A DNA stretch of 64,000 bases, taken from assembly GCA_964621445.1 (NCBI GenBank), contig CAZUNO010000004.1:109413-173412 (forward strand), given 5' to 3'. Shown here in pieces: positions 1-9,103 of this stretch; position 1 is the stretch's first letter, and each line of letters begins with the position of its first letter. The stretch comes from Candidatus Hadarchaeota archaeon (lineage in GTDB: Archaea > CAYQAE01 > CAYVLA01). Both the position numbers and the translations under genes were made by a program. Below the pieces are notes generated by a model. The model saw nothing but the letters and a program-made list of their open reading frames with translations. It was not told the DNA's origin and did not search any database.

Positions 1-967
1 CTTTCTTCCTTCCAGTTACGGTGGTGGTGAAGCCCTTTGTCTTGCTTAGGTAGTGCTCCACTCCGGTGACCTGTATCTCTCCATTTAGTGACGAATTTGG
101 CGTGCCATTGACATCAACCACGTCTCCGAGTTTGATCTCCGCGCGTCCCACCAGGTCCAGGGTAACCTTCATTTTGTATTTCATTTTCTCCGCTCTCGCC
201 TTAGCGACGCTTTGGGCGGTTTTAGTATCCTTTATGGTGGGGTCATTTATGATGAGGGGATTTCCGCCGCCGCCTCCGGATATCTTTGCTAAAACGTTCT
301 GTTTCGTCAACCAGGTTATGGTGTGCGAACCCTTAGAGCTTGAAGGGCTTTCCCCCCGAATCTCGGTGGACCCATACCTTGGGGATGTATCGAGACAAGA
401 GGCGCTCATGATATCCTTTCCGTATTCCACCGTATGTCGATCCTCGGTAACCCAGGATCGAAATATTAGCTGGCCCTGCTCGTTTGAATAGATATCGAAA
501 TTACATTTCTTGGCCAGCTTCAGGATGTGCTTAAAGGCATTTATCTTATCATCGAGGGAATATATCGGTAGATTAATTCCATCGGAGGCCTCCTTGACCT
601 CTATCTCGGCCTCCTTGGCCAGATCCTTCACTATCTTACCCGCAGTTTGATTCGAGTATACCTTCTTGGTCTTGAGTTTCAGAAGTGCCGAGAAGGGACC
701 CAGTCCGGTCAGGGTTAGGTTTCTGATATCGTACTCGACCTTGTCCAACGCACCGGCAAACACCTTCTCCAGTTTATCCTCATAACCAAGGCTGGCCTCC
801 ACCATCTCCTTTCCCTCGACCTCTAGGGCATCTGGAGATGACATCTTTATCTCGCAGCTATCAATGGGCAATCCCATGCTTCTCTTAACCCGAAGGCTCA
901 CCAGCTTCCTTTCCTTGGCCGAAATCGAGTCCGATCCTACGGTGATGGAGAAAGCCGGTTTCATCAT
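1..967 (-). CDS. Baseplate hub protein (phage late control D / gp27 / VgrG N-terminal-like), running off the window's left end
   Basis: Not in the ORF track because it has no stop in the window. Manual translation from ATG 967: MMKPAFSITVGSDSISAKERKLVSLRVKRSMGLPIDSCEI...SLGYEDKLEKVFAGALDKVE...YSNQTAGKIVKDLAKEA...GRAEIKLGDVVDV...LNGEIQVTGVEHYLSKTKGFTT. These are gpD-family hallmarks, and the gene directly follows the tube initiator. Confidence 0.8.
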   Translation of the reverse strand, partial: MMKPAFSITVGSDSISAKERKLVSLRVKRSMGLPIDSCEIKMSSPDALEVEGKEMVEASLGYEDKLEKVFAGALDKVEYDIRNLTLTGLGPFSALLKLKTKKVYSNQTAGKIVKDLAKEAEIEVKEASDGINLPIYSLDDKINAFKHILKLAKKCNFDIYSNEQGQLIFRSWVTEDRHTVEYGKDIMSASCLDTSPRYGSTEIRGESPSSSKGSHTITWLTKQNVLAKISGGGGGNPLIINDPTIKDTKTAQSVAKARAEKMKYKMKVTLDLVGRAEIKLGDVVDVNGTPNSSLNGEIQVTGVEHYLSKTKGFTTTVTGRKK

Positions 968-1468
968 CTACACCATCGACCCCCTAGATGAATTGATCTC
1001 CTTTACCTTACTCCTTACCTCCTCCTTCGCCGATTGCTTCTGTTCCGGGGGCGGCGTTTCACCTGGGCCCTTCTCAGGTTCATGCTCCCTCAGTACCATG
1101 GAGTATTCGCTGCCCGAGGGTTCGGTGTTTTTTAGGGTAGCCGAGAATTTTTCCATAACTACCTCAGTTACCTCCGTCAGAGGGCTTATATCGCAGGAAA
1201 ATGATAACACCTTGCCCTTGGAGAAAAGATCCCTGAGCTGATCAAGGGTCTCGGGAGTGTCCGGGCCAACCAACCGACCGTCGAAGGAGATCTTTACCGG
1301 GTCCCGCCCCAGGTCCTGAAATACATTTGAATCGGAACCCGGGATCTTGAGCTCAACCACCGATCGCTCTCCGCTTATTGATAGATTAGCTATATTTCTA
1401 AGCTCCCGGATCACCCCATCCTCATCATTTCGCATAATGAGATCTATGTCCTCTACCCTCATCTGCAT
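968..1468 (-). CDS. Tail tube initiator / baseplate protein (Mu gpN DNA_circ_N-like)
   Basis: Motif VVELKIPGSDSNVFQDLGRDPVKISFDGRLVG resembles the DNA_circ_N/tube-initiator family. It lies between the tape measure-like gene and the hub gene. Confidence 0.65.
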   Translation of the reverse strand: MQMRVEDIDLIMRNDEDGVIRELRNIANLSISGERSVVELKIPGSDSNVFQDLGRDPVKISFDGRLVGPDTPETLDQLRDLFSKGKVLSFSCDISPLTEVTEVVMEKFSATLKNTEPSGSEYSMVLREHEPEKGPGETPPPEQKQSAKEEVRSKVKEINSSRGSMV

Positions 1469-1470
1469 AG

Positions 1471-3027
1471 CTATATCTCCTCAAAGCTGATGTGACCGTA
1501 GTGACGGCGCACCTGTTCGGTCATTATCCTGGATATCTTTCTCTCCAGGTCCCTCAGATCCTCTTCCTGAACTTCGCCTGAAACGACCAGGTTCACATCC
1601 CTCTCACGGGTCGGTCTGACCGGTCGCAATACGGGACGAGAAGGTTGTTCTTCCTCTCTCTGAACGGTGGCCTGAGCGGCCGTTGATGGAGAGGTGGAGA
1701 CCGGGGGCATTGTGGCCGTCACCGGGGGCCCGGAAACTGCAATATTTGCTAGGGGCCTAAGGTATTCCCTCTGGGTGACCTCGATGTTCTGGGCCATTTT
1801 GGTAAAATGATGTTCTATCTCACTGGCCAGGGCCGTTTCCAGGGAGAGTAATCCAGGTCCTGCCTCCCGCGGCCGAGATACGGGTGAGGGCCGGGTTTCG
1901 GCAGGGGCCCGGAAATCCACGGGAATAACTGGCAGTTGTGTTTCTTGCCCCTCCGATCCAATCTCCTTCAGACTGGATAATTCTCGGCCTATTTGCCCTT
2001 GAAGTCTGGCCATGGCCATGCTTGGCGCCAAAATCTCGGGAACAATGGCCCTGGTTTTATCCTCCTCAGTCTCAGTTCCGGATATATACCTTCTTTCTTC
2101 CGAGGATGGTTGCTTTGCCGATACATTTCTAGTATCCTCAGGGGGGATTTCGCCCCCCGTTATGCTTATGGGCGAGCCCAGGTCTCCCTGTAGGCCTGAA
2201 CCCAGCCTGGTCAGGGGCATCACAAGTTGAGAGGCGGCCACGGTCAGTGGTGAAACCGGGGTCTTCTCGGTGCCTAGCTGTGGCTTTTTCATTTCTACTT
2301 CTTTACCATCGGATTGTTTCCTTTCCGCGGTTTCCCCGTCTGACGCAGGTGTGCCAGGAAAGGCCGGGATTCCGGCCATAACTGTGCTTGAAATTGCGCC
2401 TGCAAGAAGAGCGGCATTGCCTATCTGACGGCCCGCTCGCTCTGCAACGGACAGGGGCTCATTTATGCCCTCCTCCAATTCCATTATGCTGGATGATACC
2501 CGTCTTGTGGCCTGGGATGGTCGTGACTGAGAAACTAGACCTGCCAGTCCCTGCGATCCGGTGATATCTCCGACCTGGAAATCTTTGGAAGGGGTCTCCT
2601 GGACAGCCCCTGGAACGAGGTGTACCATTTGCTGGGCCATGGCTGAGGCTATCTTTCTGGCTACCGAGACCCGGAATAGTAGGGAAACGTTTACCCCTCC
2701 CATCCTTCCCGTTTGGGTCTTGACATCTTGCTCCATTTGGTCCTGTCGAGACCAGATATCAAGGGGTGGAAGAGGTGCGAAACCAGTCATAGACAGCTCC
2801 GTCATCCTGTTACCTACGGTTGCCAGACGGGTTATGGCGCCAGTCAAGGTCCTGAAAACCGATGTCAGAAGTCTTTCCATGGATGCCGCGTACCTGGATG
2901 TATCAACACCCATCTCCCATAACCGGTTAACGTAGCGCTGGGTATAGGCAGCTATTCTAATGGGTTTAGAGATGGCTCGATAGGTTTTTCGTTCATCCAA
3001 GGTTTTCCTCCACCTCTTCCTCTTCAT
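1471..3027 (-). CDS. Tape-measure-like protein (518 aa, largely low complexity)
   Basis: Syntenic position after the chaperone pair. Helical N-terminus, long P/S/T/E-rich region, and C-terminal DVNLVVSGEVQEEDLRDLERKISRIMTEQVRR as seen at tape-measure C-termini. Confidence 0.55.
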   Translation of the reverse strand: MKRKRWRKTLDERKTYRAISKPIRIAAYTQRYVNRLWEMGVDTSRYAASMERLLTSVFRTLTGAITRLATVGNRMTELSMTGFAPLPPLDIWSRQDQMEQDVKTQTGRMGGVNVSLLFRVSVARKIASAMAQQMVHLVPGAVQETPSKDFQVGDITGSQGLAGLVSQSRPSQATRRVSSSIMELEEGINEPLSVAERAGRQIGNAALLAGAISSTVMAGIPAFPGTPASDGETAERKQSDGKEVEMKKPQLGTEKTPVSPLTVAASQLVMPLTRLGSGLQGDLGSPISITGGEIPPEDTRNVSAKQPSSEERRYISGTETEEDKTRAIVPEILAPSMAMARLQGQIGRELSSLKEIGSEGQETQLPVIPVDFRAPAETRPSPVSRPREAGPGLLSLETALASEIEHHFTKMAQNIEVTQREYLRPLANIAVSGPPVTATMPPVSTSPSTAAQATVQREEEQPSRPVLRPVRPTRERDVNLVVSGEVQEEDLRDLERKISRIMTEQVRRHYGHISFEEI

Positions 3028-3229
3028 CCTCGGAAACCACTATTCTGGTCACTCCTTCAGCCGCCTTTTGGGCCGTTCTCTTCATCTCATTTCTGTATGA
3101 CATAGCGCCGGTGAGGAAGAGAACCTGGTCTCTGGTAAGGTTGGCGGGATTATCGGCCAGTTTGTATCCGCAGTCCAGACATAGGGCTGCAAGCTCTACG
3201 CCCTCGGGACTTTTAACGAACCGTTTCAT
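2993..3229 (-). CDS. Tail assembly chaperone C-terminal ORF (gpT-like), in the -1 frame of the upstream gene
   Basis: 78-aa ORF overlapping the upstream stop (ATGA). Reachable by a -1 slip on A9. NPANLTRDQVLFL resembles gpT/gpE' 'P.E...LT..Q' motifs. Confidence 0.6.
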   Translation of the reverse strand: MKRFVKSPEGVELAALCLDCGYKLADNPANLTRDQVLFLTGAMSYRNEMKRTAQKAAEGVTRIVVSEDEEEEVEENLG

Positions 3230-3591
3230 TCGGATTTTTTTTTACGAGCTGCCGATTCGGTCACGCCGCTTAGTTCAAGGACCTTCATTCCAATAAACTC
3301 CGGTACCCCGAATTTCATTGCGGCAACCTCTCCCTCAGAGAGCTCCGGGTCAACCAGGCCCTTTGAAGCCGCCATTCTGAGTGCTTCAAGGTTTTTGTGG
3401 ACGTCAACATTGCCTAAATCCGGGGTTCCATCGTCCTTCAATGGAACGTTTCCAATCAAACCAAATATCTCAGAAAGCTCTCCATCGGTTAATGGACGTA
3501 TAGAGACCTCTGCGTTATCGTACTCCTTGATGGTGAGAGTTTTCTTCATTTTTGCGCCCTGTAGAATGGCCTGCTTCGTGAGCCTTGTCAC
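3226..3591 (-). CDS. Tail assembly chaperone (gpG-like)
   Basis: GTG 3591 preceded by GAGGAG. 121 aa with EVSIRPLTDGEL, typical of tail chaperones. Lies directly after the tube gene and ends RKKKSE across the A9 run. Confidence 0.65.
   Translation of the reverse strand: MTRLTKQAILQGAKMKKTLTIKEYDNAEVSIRPLTDGELSEIFGLIGNVPLKDDGTPDLGNVDVHKNLEALRMAASKGLVDPELSEGEVAAMKFGVPEFIGMKVLELSGVTESAARKKKSE
3235..3243 (-). other. Putative programmed -1 frameshift site (A AAA AAA within A9)
   Basis: Minus strand reads CGT AAA AAA AAA TCC GAA TGA. The -1 frame AAA AAA ATC CGA ATG AAA CGG is open into ORF 2993-3229. Confidence 0.65.
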
Positions 3592-3596
3592 TTCTA

Positions 3597-3998
3597 CTAC
3601 TCCTCCCTCATCCTGGTGGCGGTGAATGTGTAGTCGGTGGTGCCCACGCCGTTGGCATCCATTGAGAACACCTTTCCCTCCAGATAGCACCTATCGAAGG
3701 CCAAGGTCCTCACGGATTGACCTCCCTTCTTGAGTTCTATTACCAGCTGGAATGGCTGGATGTCAGCCACGCCGGTAACCATCATGCTATCAAACTTTGG
3801 AAAGCTGGAACGCACCTTAAGCGTGCCCTCCACGTACATGGGTCCGTAGTCTATTCCCACCCTTTCGTCAAGGCCTATGTTGTGGACATTCTGGCGGTTT
3901 CGGACCACCTTGTACTCTATTGCCTGAAGCCCTGGTATGACCTCGCCGTCGACCTTTATGTTACTAACATTTGCGGAAACAACAACTGGTTCTGGCAT
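3597..3998 (-). CDS. Contractile tail tube protein
   Basis: 133-aa beta-rich protein immediately after the sheath, with a very strong SD (GGAGGAGGTGA). C-terminal TTDYTFTATRMREE is typical of tube proteins. Confidence 0.75.
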   Translation of the reverse strand: MPEPVVVSANVSNIKVDGEVIPGLQAIEYKVVRNRQNVHNIGLDERVGIDYGPMYVEGTLKVRSSFPKFDSMMVTGVADIQPFQLVIELKKGGQSVRTLAFDRCYLEGKVFSMDANGVGTTDYTFTATRMREE

Positions 3999-4014
3999 CT
4001 ATAATCACCTCCTC

Positions 4015-5370
4015 CTAGGCTTGAACGGTTATGGTGGCGTAGATATAATCTATGGCCCTAACCGGCCTTACCGCGATGTCCGCCCTAACTATGCCCTGGG
4101 CGAAATCCTGTTCTGAACAGTACACGTCGACCAGGAAAGGTGGCTCCTCCCCGTCCACGCTGGGCACGATGGCGTCCTCACGTTCCATGGTCATGAAGAA
4201 CTCGGTTAGCTTCTCCCTTAGAGCAGTGCGACCGCCGGGGGTGTTAAGAGTACCGATGAAGTTCTCAGCCACATTCCGGGCTCCCCTAACCGCGTGGTCA
4301 GCAACTCTGGTGACGCTGATCTGTTCCTTGTCGGTTGAAATGCCCTTCTCCACGATAATTCCTCTTCCCTTTCGGGCCTCCAGGGCCAGAATACCGGCCT
4401 TGAGAAGCTCCTTTAGCTGTGCAGGTGTGTACCTGGTTTCAAGCTCGGATACCCCGGTAATGGACTTGAAGGTCGGGGATTCGTAGTAGTTCAGCTTGCT
4501 TATCAAACCGCCAACGGCACCAGAAACTCCGTAGGGCGCTACAAGAACGAATCGATCGCTGGCCAGGGTCTCGGTTCTCTTTGCGATGTCCTCCACATCT
4601 TCCCCGGGTGCCACGGTCCCAATTCCGATCCTGTTCTTTGCCTCCTGGGCCATGTTCTTGCAGTGGGCATCGATCAGAGCATGTACCTTGGGGTCCCATG
4701 TGTCACAGACGGAAACCATGTCCACATCCTCTTCCATCTCCAACATCTCGAGGGCTGACTCGATATCCTCCATCTTTGGTTGAGCTGTCTCGCCGCCGGA
4801 AAGCTCGTACTCGCCTGGTGCAGGGATTGGACTCTTGGTCTCCTTTCCCTTGCTAAGGTCCTCCGCCGACACCAGTTCGGAGTTTTGGTTGAGCATTGTG
4901 ACGATGTAGTTGTCACTGTCCGGATCCATGACCAGATCGTCCCATACCTCGAAGGTAACGCCATTGGTGATCTGTAGCATCACGCTGTCTTCCGAATTCC
5001 CTTCCGATACTCCCACCTTTATGGAGTTACCGGCCTCGCCCGGAACCTTTGATTCAAGGTCCACGAGCTTTGCGTTGTTCTCGTTGGTGAGGGTCGCTTT
5101 CGCGGATTTTGACCCTCCCGCCTCAACTCGCACCGCATATACCTGCGATACACCATTTAGAAAACAGGTGCGAGCATCCTTGGTTAGGGAATAGGCGGTA
5201 TCCGCTCCGAACTTACCAGTCAGTTCCCGGTACCCAGTGACTGGTATCGGTTTGAGAAGGGGGCCCTTCTCAGCCGTGCCCACAAGCCCAACCACCCCGG
5301 CTGGATGAAGCTGTTGAGGCACGATCTCCTTTATTACCTGGATTTCAACTCCGGGTAGGATTCTTGCCAA
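4015..5370 (-). CDS. Contractile tail sheath protein
   Basis: N-terminal ILPGVEIQV and GLVGTAEKGP; C-terminal NFIGTLNT, GIVRADIAVRPVRAIDYIYATI. These are Phage_sheath_1/1C hallmarks. TTG start with GAGGA SD. Confidence 0.92.
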   Translation of the reverse strand: MARILPGVEIQVIKEIVPQQLHPAGVVGLVGTAEKGPLLKPIPVTGYRELTGKFGADTAYSLTKDARTCFLNGVSQVYAVRVEAGGSKSAKATLTNENNAKLVDLESKVPGEAGNSIKVGVSEGNSEDSVMLQITNGVTFEVWDDLVMDPDSDNYIVTMLNQNSELVSAEDLSKGKETKSPIPAPGEYELSGGETAQPKMEDIESALEMLEMEEDVDMVSVCDTWDPKVHALIDAHCKNMAQEAKNRIGIGTVAPGEDVEDIAKRTETLASDRFVLVAPYGVSGAVGGLISKLNYYESPTFKSITGVSELETRYTPAQLKELLKAGILALEARKGRGIIVEKGISTDKEQISVTRVADHAVRGARNVAENFIGTLNTPGGRTALREKLTEFFMTMEREDAIVPSVDGEEPPFLVDVYCSEQDFAQGIVRADIAVRPVRAIDYIYATITVQA

Positions 5371-5402
5371 TCTAAGTCCTCATTGGCGATGTTGTTCGAT
5401 AT

Positions 5403-5420
5403 TATTTAAAGATTGTCTTC
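5403..5420 (-). promoter_or_regulatory. Archaeal TATA box (TTTAAATA, 5410-5403) with purine-rich BRE-like upstream sequence, driving the tail operon
   Basis: Minus strand reads GAAGACAATC-TTTAAATA, 32 bp upstream of the sheath TTG. Confidence 0.6.
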
Positions 5421-5555
5421 GAATTCTGACAAGATTCTCGGTCATTTCGAAGAGTTTGGATACTTTACCAGACATTTAGGAAACCCGGTGATCTCCATTA
5501 GGAAATCCGGAAGATATTAATCCCCCTTAAACATTTTCGATAGCCCAGTGTTAAT

Positions 5556-7076
5556 TTGAAAACCCCTTTTCACGGCATATGCCCGCCATTAGAACTTCGC
5601 TCAAATATCATGTTTTTCCACGATTGGAGATACGTCCACCATGGATCGACCGTCTGGTTGAGTGAATCGGGGGAGAATCCCGGTTTATGGGTACCGGCAA
5701 AAACGGAGGACTATCATTGGGCAGGAACCAATATCCCGAGGGGAATAGAGTTGAAGGTGAAGAAAGCCGTCAAATCGGGTCCCATTATCGAGCCCGACAA
5801 GCCCTGGGAGGGGATGTTACATGCCCCCAGTCTAATTTTTGACCAGGGAAAATATAGACTCTGGTACGAGTCGGTTCCACCGGTCGATATGGAGGCCTTT
5901 GATGCCGGAATGACAAACCTGCTGTGCTACGCGGAGTCCGCGGATGCAGAGGAATGGGTCAAGCCAAATCTGGGGGCTATGGGCTACCAGGGGGCCGAGA
6001 ATACAAACATAGTCTATGGGGGAGAATTAACCTCCAAGACGGGCTACCACGGGGGAAGCGTGTTCCTGGACCCAGGGTGCGATATAAGCGAGAGGTTCAA
6101 GTTGATACACCTGGGATATCTTTCAAGAGACGACTACGAGTCCTACATGCAAAAAGAGGGGATGGAATCAGACCCCCATAACGAGAAAAGAGACGAACCT
6201 CGGGCCGTTTTTGGCGGCGTTTCCCCTGATGGCATAAACTGGACGCCTCTAGATGAGCCACTAGTTTTACAGATGAGCGACACCCAGAATGTAGCCTACT
6301 ATGATACCCATCTGAGGAGATATGTGGCCTATCTAAGAACCTGGGTGATGGGAAAGCGGTCGATAGGTAGAACCGAGTCCAGGAAGTTCGGGCGCTTTCC
6401 ACTTCCCGAAACCTTTCTCTGGCCGGATTTATCGGTAGGTCCCTCCGATCTGTGGTACGCAAATGGAAAAACAACCTATCCTGACGCGGATGACTACCAT
6501 CTACTCTTCCCCAAGAAATGGAGGCTGTCCGAGGACCGTTTCTACGTCTACATGTCAACCAGCCCCGATGGAATCATGTGGGGTCCACCTAGACCTGTTT
6601 TGGAACCGGGTGAGGAGTGGGATTACGGCGGGGTCGATGTAGGCCCAGGAATGGTTAATCTGCCAGGTGAAAGGCTAGGGGTACCATTCGTGGGATACGA
6701 GGTCCCCCACAAGTATCCAAGAAGTGCTCCCCTGGGAAAGATAGCATTAGCCCACTGGGAACGTGGGAGGTTGGTCGGCCTGGAGGCAAAGGAGAGAGGG
6801 AGCTTCAGCACGGTATTGTTGAGATTAAAGGGGCAGGAGGTTCACGTAAATCTAAAAACCAGCAAAACCGGTGAATTCAGGATAGGGATCTCGGATAAAA
6901 ACGGAATCGGAATAGCAGGTAGGACAATAGCAGATTGTGATCCCATTACCGGGAATCATCTCGACAAATTGGTTACATGGCACGGTAGCTCAAATATCGA
7001 GGAGGGGGATGAACACCTTTTGCGCTTCCGGGTAGTTATGGACCAGGCCGAACTTTTTGCCCTACGGTTCATCTAG
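5556..7076 (+). CDS. Five-bladed beta-propeller glycosidase-like protein (GH43/GH32/GH130 clan-like)
   Basis: Repeated S.DG..W propeller motifs (YAESADAEEW, SPDGINW, SPDGIMW), DTQNVAYYD, and a C-terminal beta-sandwich (DCDPITGNHLD). Confidence 0.65.
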   Translation: MKTPFHGICPPLELRSNIMFFHDWRYVHHGSTVWLSESGENPGLWVPAKTEDYHWAGTNIPRGIELKVKKAVKSGPIIEPDKPWEGMLHAPSLIFDQGKYRLWYESVPPVDMEAFDAGMTNLLCYAESADAEEWVKPNLGAMGYQGAENTNIVYGGELTSKTGYHGGSVFLDPGCDISERFKLIHLGYLSRDDYESYMQKEGMESDPHNEKRDEPRAVFGGVSPDGINWTPLDEPLVLQMSDTQNVAYYDTHLRRYVAYLRTWVMGKRSIGRTESRKFGRFPLPETFLWPDLSVGPSDLWYANGKTTYPDADDYHLLFPKKWRLSEDRFYVYMSTSPDGIMWGPPRPVLEPGEEWDYGGVDVGPGMVNLPGERLGVPFVGYEVPHKYPRSAPLGKIALAHWERGRLVGLEAKERGSFSTVLLRLKGQEVHVNLKTSKTGEFRIGISDKNGIGIAGRTIADCDPITGNHLDKLVTWHGSSNIEEGDEHLLRFRVVMDQAELFALRFI

Positions 7077-7152
7077 AATCACCCGATGGGTCACCTTTCG
7101 CTTGATATTTAAGTTCCCAAAGGAATTTCCATGCTGCCAGAGGGGAGGGAAC

Positions 7153-7908
7153 CTGCTGAGCTCATCAAACGGAATAATTCGGGTAAGCGATCTGGTAAAG
7201 AAATATGGTGAGGTCGCTGCACTGAAGGGATTAGATCTAGAGGTGTTTTCGGGGGAGCTCTATGGGTTTCTTGGTCCCAATGGAGCCGGTAAGACGACCA
7301 CCATAAACGTCCTGACTGGTCTGACGGTACCCACAAGCGGTGAGGTAATTCTCGATGGGTTCCATATGCCCGAGGAGTCAGGCGATGTAAAGAGGGATAT
7401 AGGCCTCTGCCCCCAGATAACCGCCGTATATGACTACCTAACGGGAAGAGAAAATGTTGAATTTTTTGGTGGACTCCAGGGTATGGAGGAGAGCCAGATT
7501 TCCTCCCGGACCAAACTCCTGTTAAGAAGCCTGGGCCTGGAGGGCGATGCGGACAGGCGAGTCGGGGAATACAGCGGGGGCATGAAGCGCCGAATAAACC
7601 TGGCCATGGGATTGGTTCATGGCCCCAAGATGGTATTTCTGGATGAACCCACGGTCGGCATGGACCCACAGTCCAGACATGCAGTCTGGGACTTCCTAAT
7701 GGAACTGAAGGAGAGCCGTAAGACCCTCATACTTACCACTCATTACATGGAGGAGGCAGAAATCCTCTGTGACAGGGTGGGCATAATCGATCACGGTAGA
7801 TTGATTGGTCTGGGGTCGCCGGAGGAGCTCATGAAAGACCATGACGCCCAGAATCTGGAAGAGGTCTTTCTCGATCTGACCGGCAGGACCATAAGGGAGG
7901 AGATGTAG
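7153..7908 (+). CDS. ABC-2 type exporter ATP-binding subunit
   Basis: Walker A GPNGAGKTT, signature YSGGMKRR, Walker B VFLDEPT, H-loop TTHY. Start uncertain: CTG 7153 after GGAGG, or TTG 7057/7102. Confidence 0.9.
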   Translation: MLSSSNGIIRVSDLVKKYGEVAALKGLDLEVFSGELYGFLGPNGAGKTTTINVLTGLTVPTSGEVILDGFHMPEESGDVKRDIGLCPQITAVYDYLTGRENVEFFGGLQGMEESQISSRTKLLLRSLGLEGDADRRVGEYSGGMKRRINLAMGLVHGPKMVFLDEPTVGMDPQSRHAVWDFLMELKESRKTLILTTHYMEEAEILCDRVGIIDHGRLIGLGSPEELMKDHDAQNLEEVFLDLTGRTIREEM

Positions 7909-9069
7909 TTGAGGTTTCAAAGAATCCTGGCCCTTTTCATGAAGGAGATAAGGAGAATGACCAGGGACCCGGGGGCTCTCTTTCTGCTGGTGCTTTTCCC
8001 CATGATCTTGACCCTGGTGTTCGGCCTATCATTCGGCAAGATAGGGGGTGGAGAGGAGAACAAGTACACATTGGCGCTGGTGAACGAGGGGGACATGGGA
8101 GATAAATGGGTTGGATTCTTCCAGAGCAACCTGAGTGAGACCGGGCTTTTCGAAATCGAGAACTACGAGCAGGAGAATTCGGCCAGAAGCGAGCTAGAAC
8201 AGGGGAGGATAGACTCCATAGTAGTTCTACCCCAAGGTTTTGGGGAGGCCTGCGAGTCCTTCAGGAGGGCTCCTGAAGACCCGTCCAGCTGGTCGAACGT
8301 GACCCTGGGTCTTTATGTGGATAGTGGGTCCCTCGTTGCCAGCCAGGCCATACCTCCGCTTATAGAAAGTATGATTGAATTAATCCTAATAGGTGATGTT
8401 ATTGATGAGCCCAGGATACCCGTAAACCTGGGAGCTCCTTCGATGATCGAAGGCAGGGAAACCAGCACCTTCGATTACTTTGTTCCGGGGCTATTCTCTT
8501 ATGCCGCCATTTTTCTAATAATGAGCGTCGGGCAGTCGTTCACGATTGACCGGGAGAATGGATTGCTTAGAAGGATCAGGACAACCCCAACCAGTTCGAT
8601 TGAATTCATGTCGGGACATGCTCTTTCGAATATGGTCGTGGCAATCATCCAGGTAACCGTAATATTTGCCATGGCCTTTGTCATAGGTTACAGACCCCTT
8701 GGCGGCGTGCCGGCGCTGCTCATGGCCTTTCTAACTGTGATAATCTTCTCCCTTTGCTGCGTAGGTTTCGGACTTATCACTGCAACCCTGGCCAAATCGC
8801 CGGGTTCGGCAACCGGTATAGCATTCGTGTTCATACTACCCCAAATGTTCCTAGGGACGTTCGTGGGGCTAGTTCTAAGCCCGGCCATGAAAAGGATCGC
8901 CAGACTGGTTCCCAGCTGATACGTCACCGATAGTCTCACCACGTTATTTATCAGAGGGGCCTCGGTGTTTAGCCCCAGCGTTATTCTTGACCTATTGATA
9001 ATAGCGGCATGGAGCATCGTAGTGCTATCAATAGGAATAGTGGCCTTCGAAAGGTACGGAAAAGACTGA
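7909..9069 (+). pseudogene. ABC-2 permease interrupted by an in-frame TGA at 8917-8919
   Basis: The same frame continues after the stop (YVTDSLTTLFIRGASVFSPSVILDLLIIAAWSIVVLSIGIVAFERYGKD*) and supplies the expected last TM helix. Confidence 0.8.
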
Positions 9070-9103
9070 AAAGCCATTCAATTGTGGATAAAGTGATCAT
9101 AAT

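Noticed and set aside
66-491. Plus-strand ORFs over the tail operon (66-491, 864-1241 and others)
   Set aside because: Antisense shadows. The minus-strand frame encodes recognisable tail proteins.
3592-3690. N-terminal extension of the chaperone ORF to 3690
   Set aside because: Overlaps the tube gene. GTG 3591 with an SD is the better start.
8917-8919. Selenocysteine or genetic-code reassignment of TGA
   Set aside because: Not a Cys/redox position, and TGA terminates many intact genes in the window.
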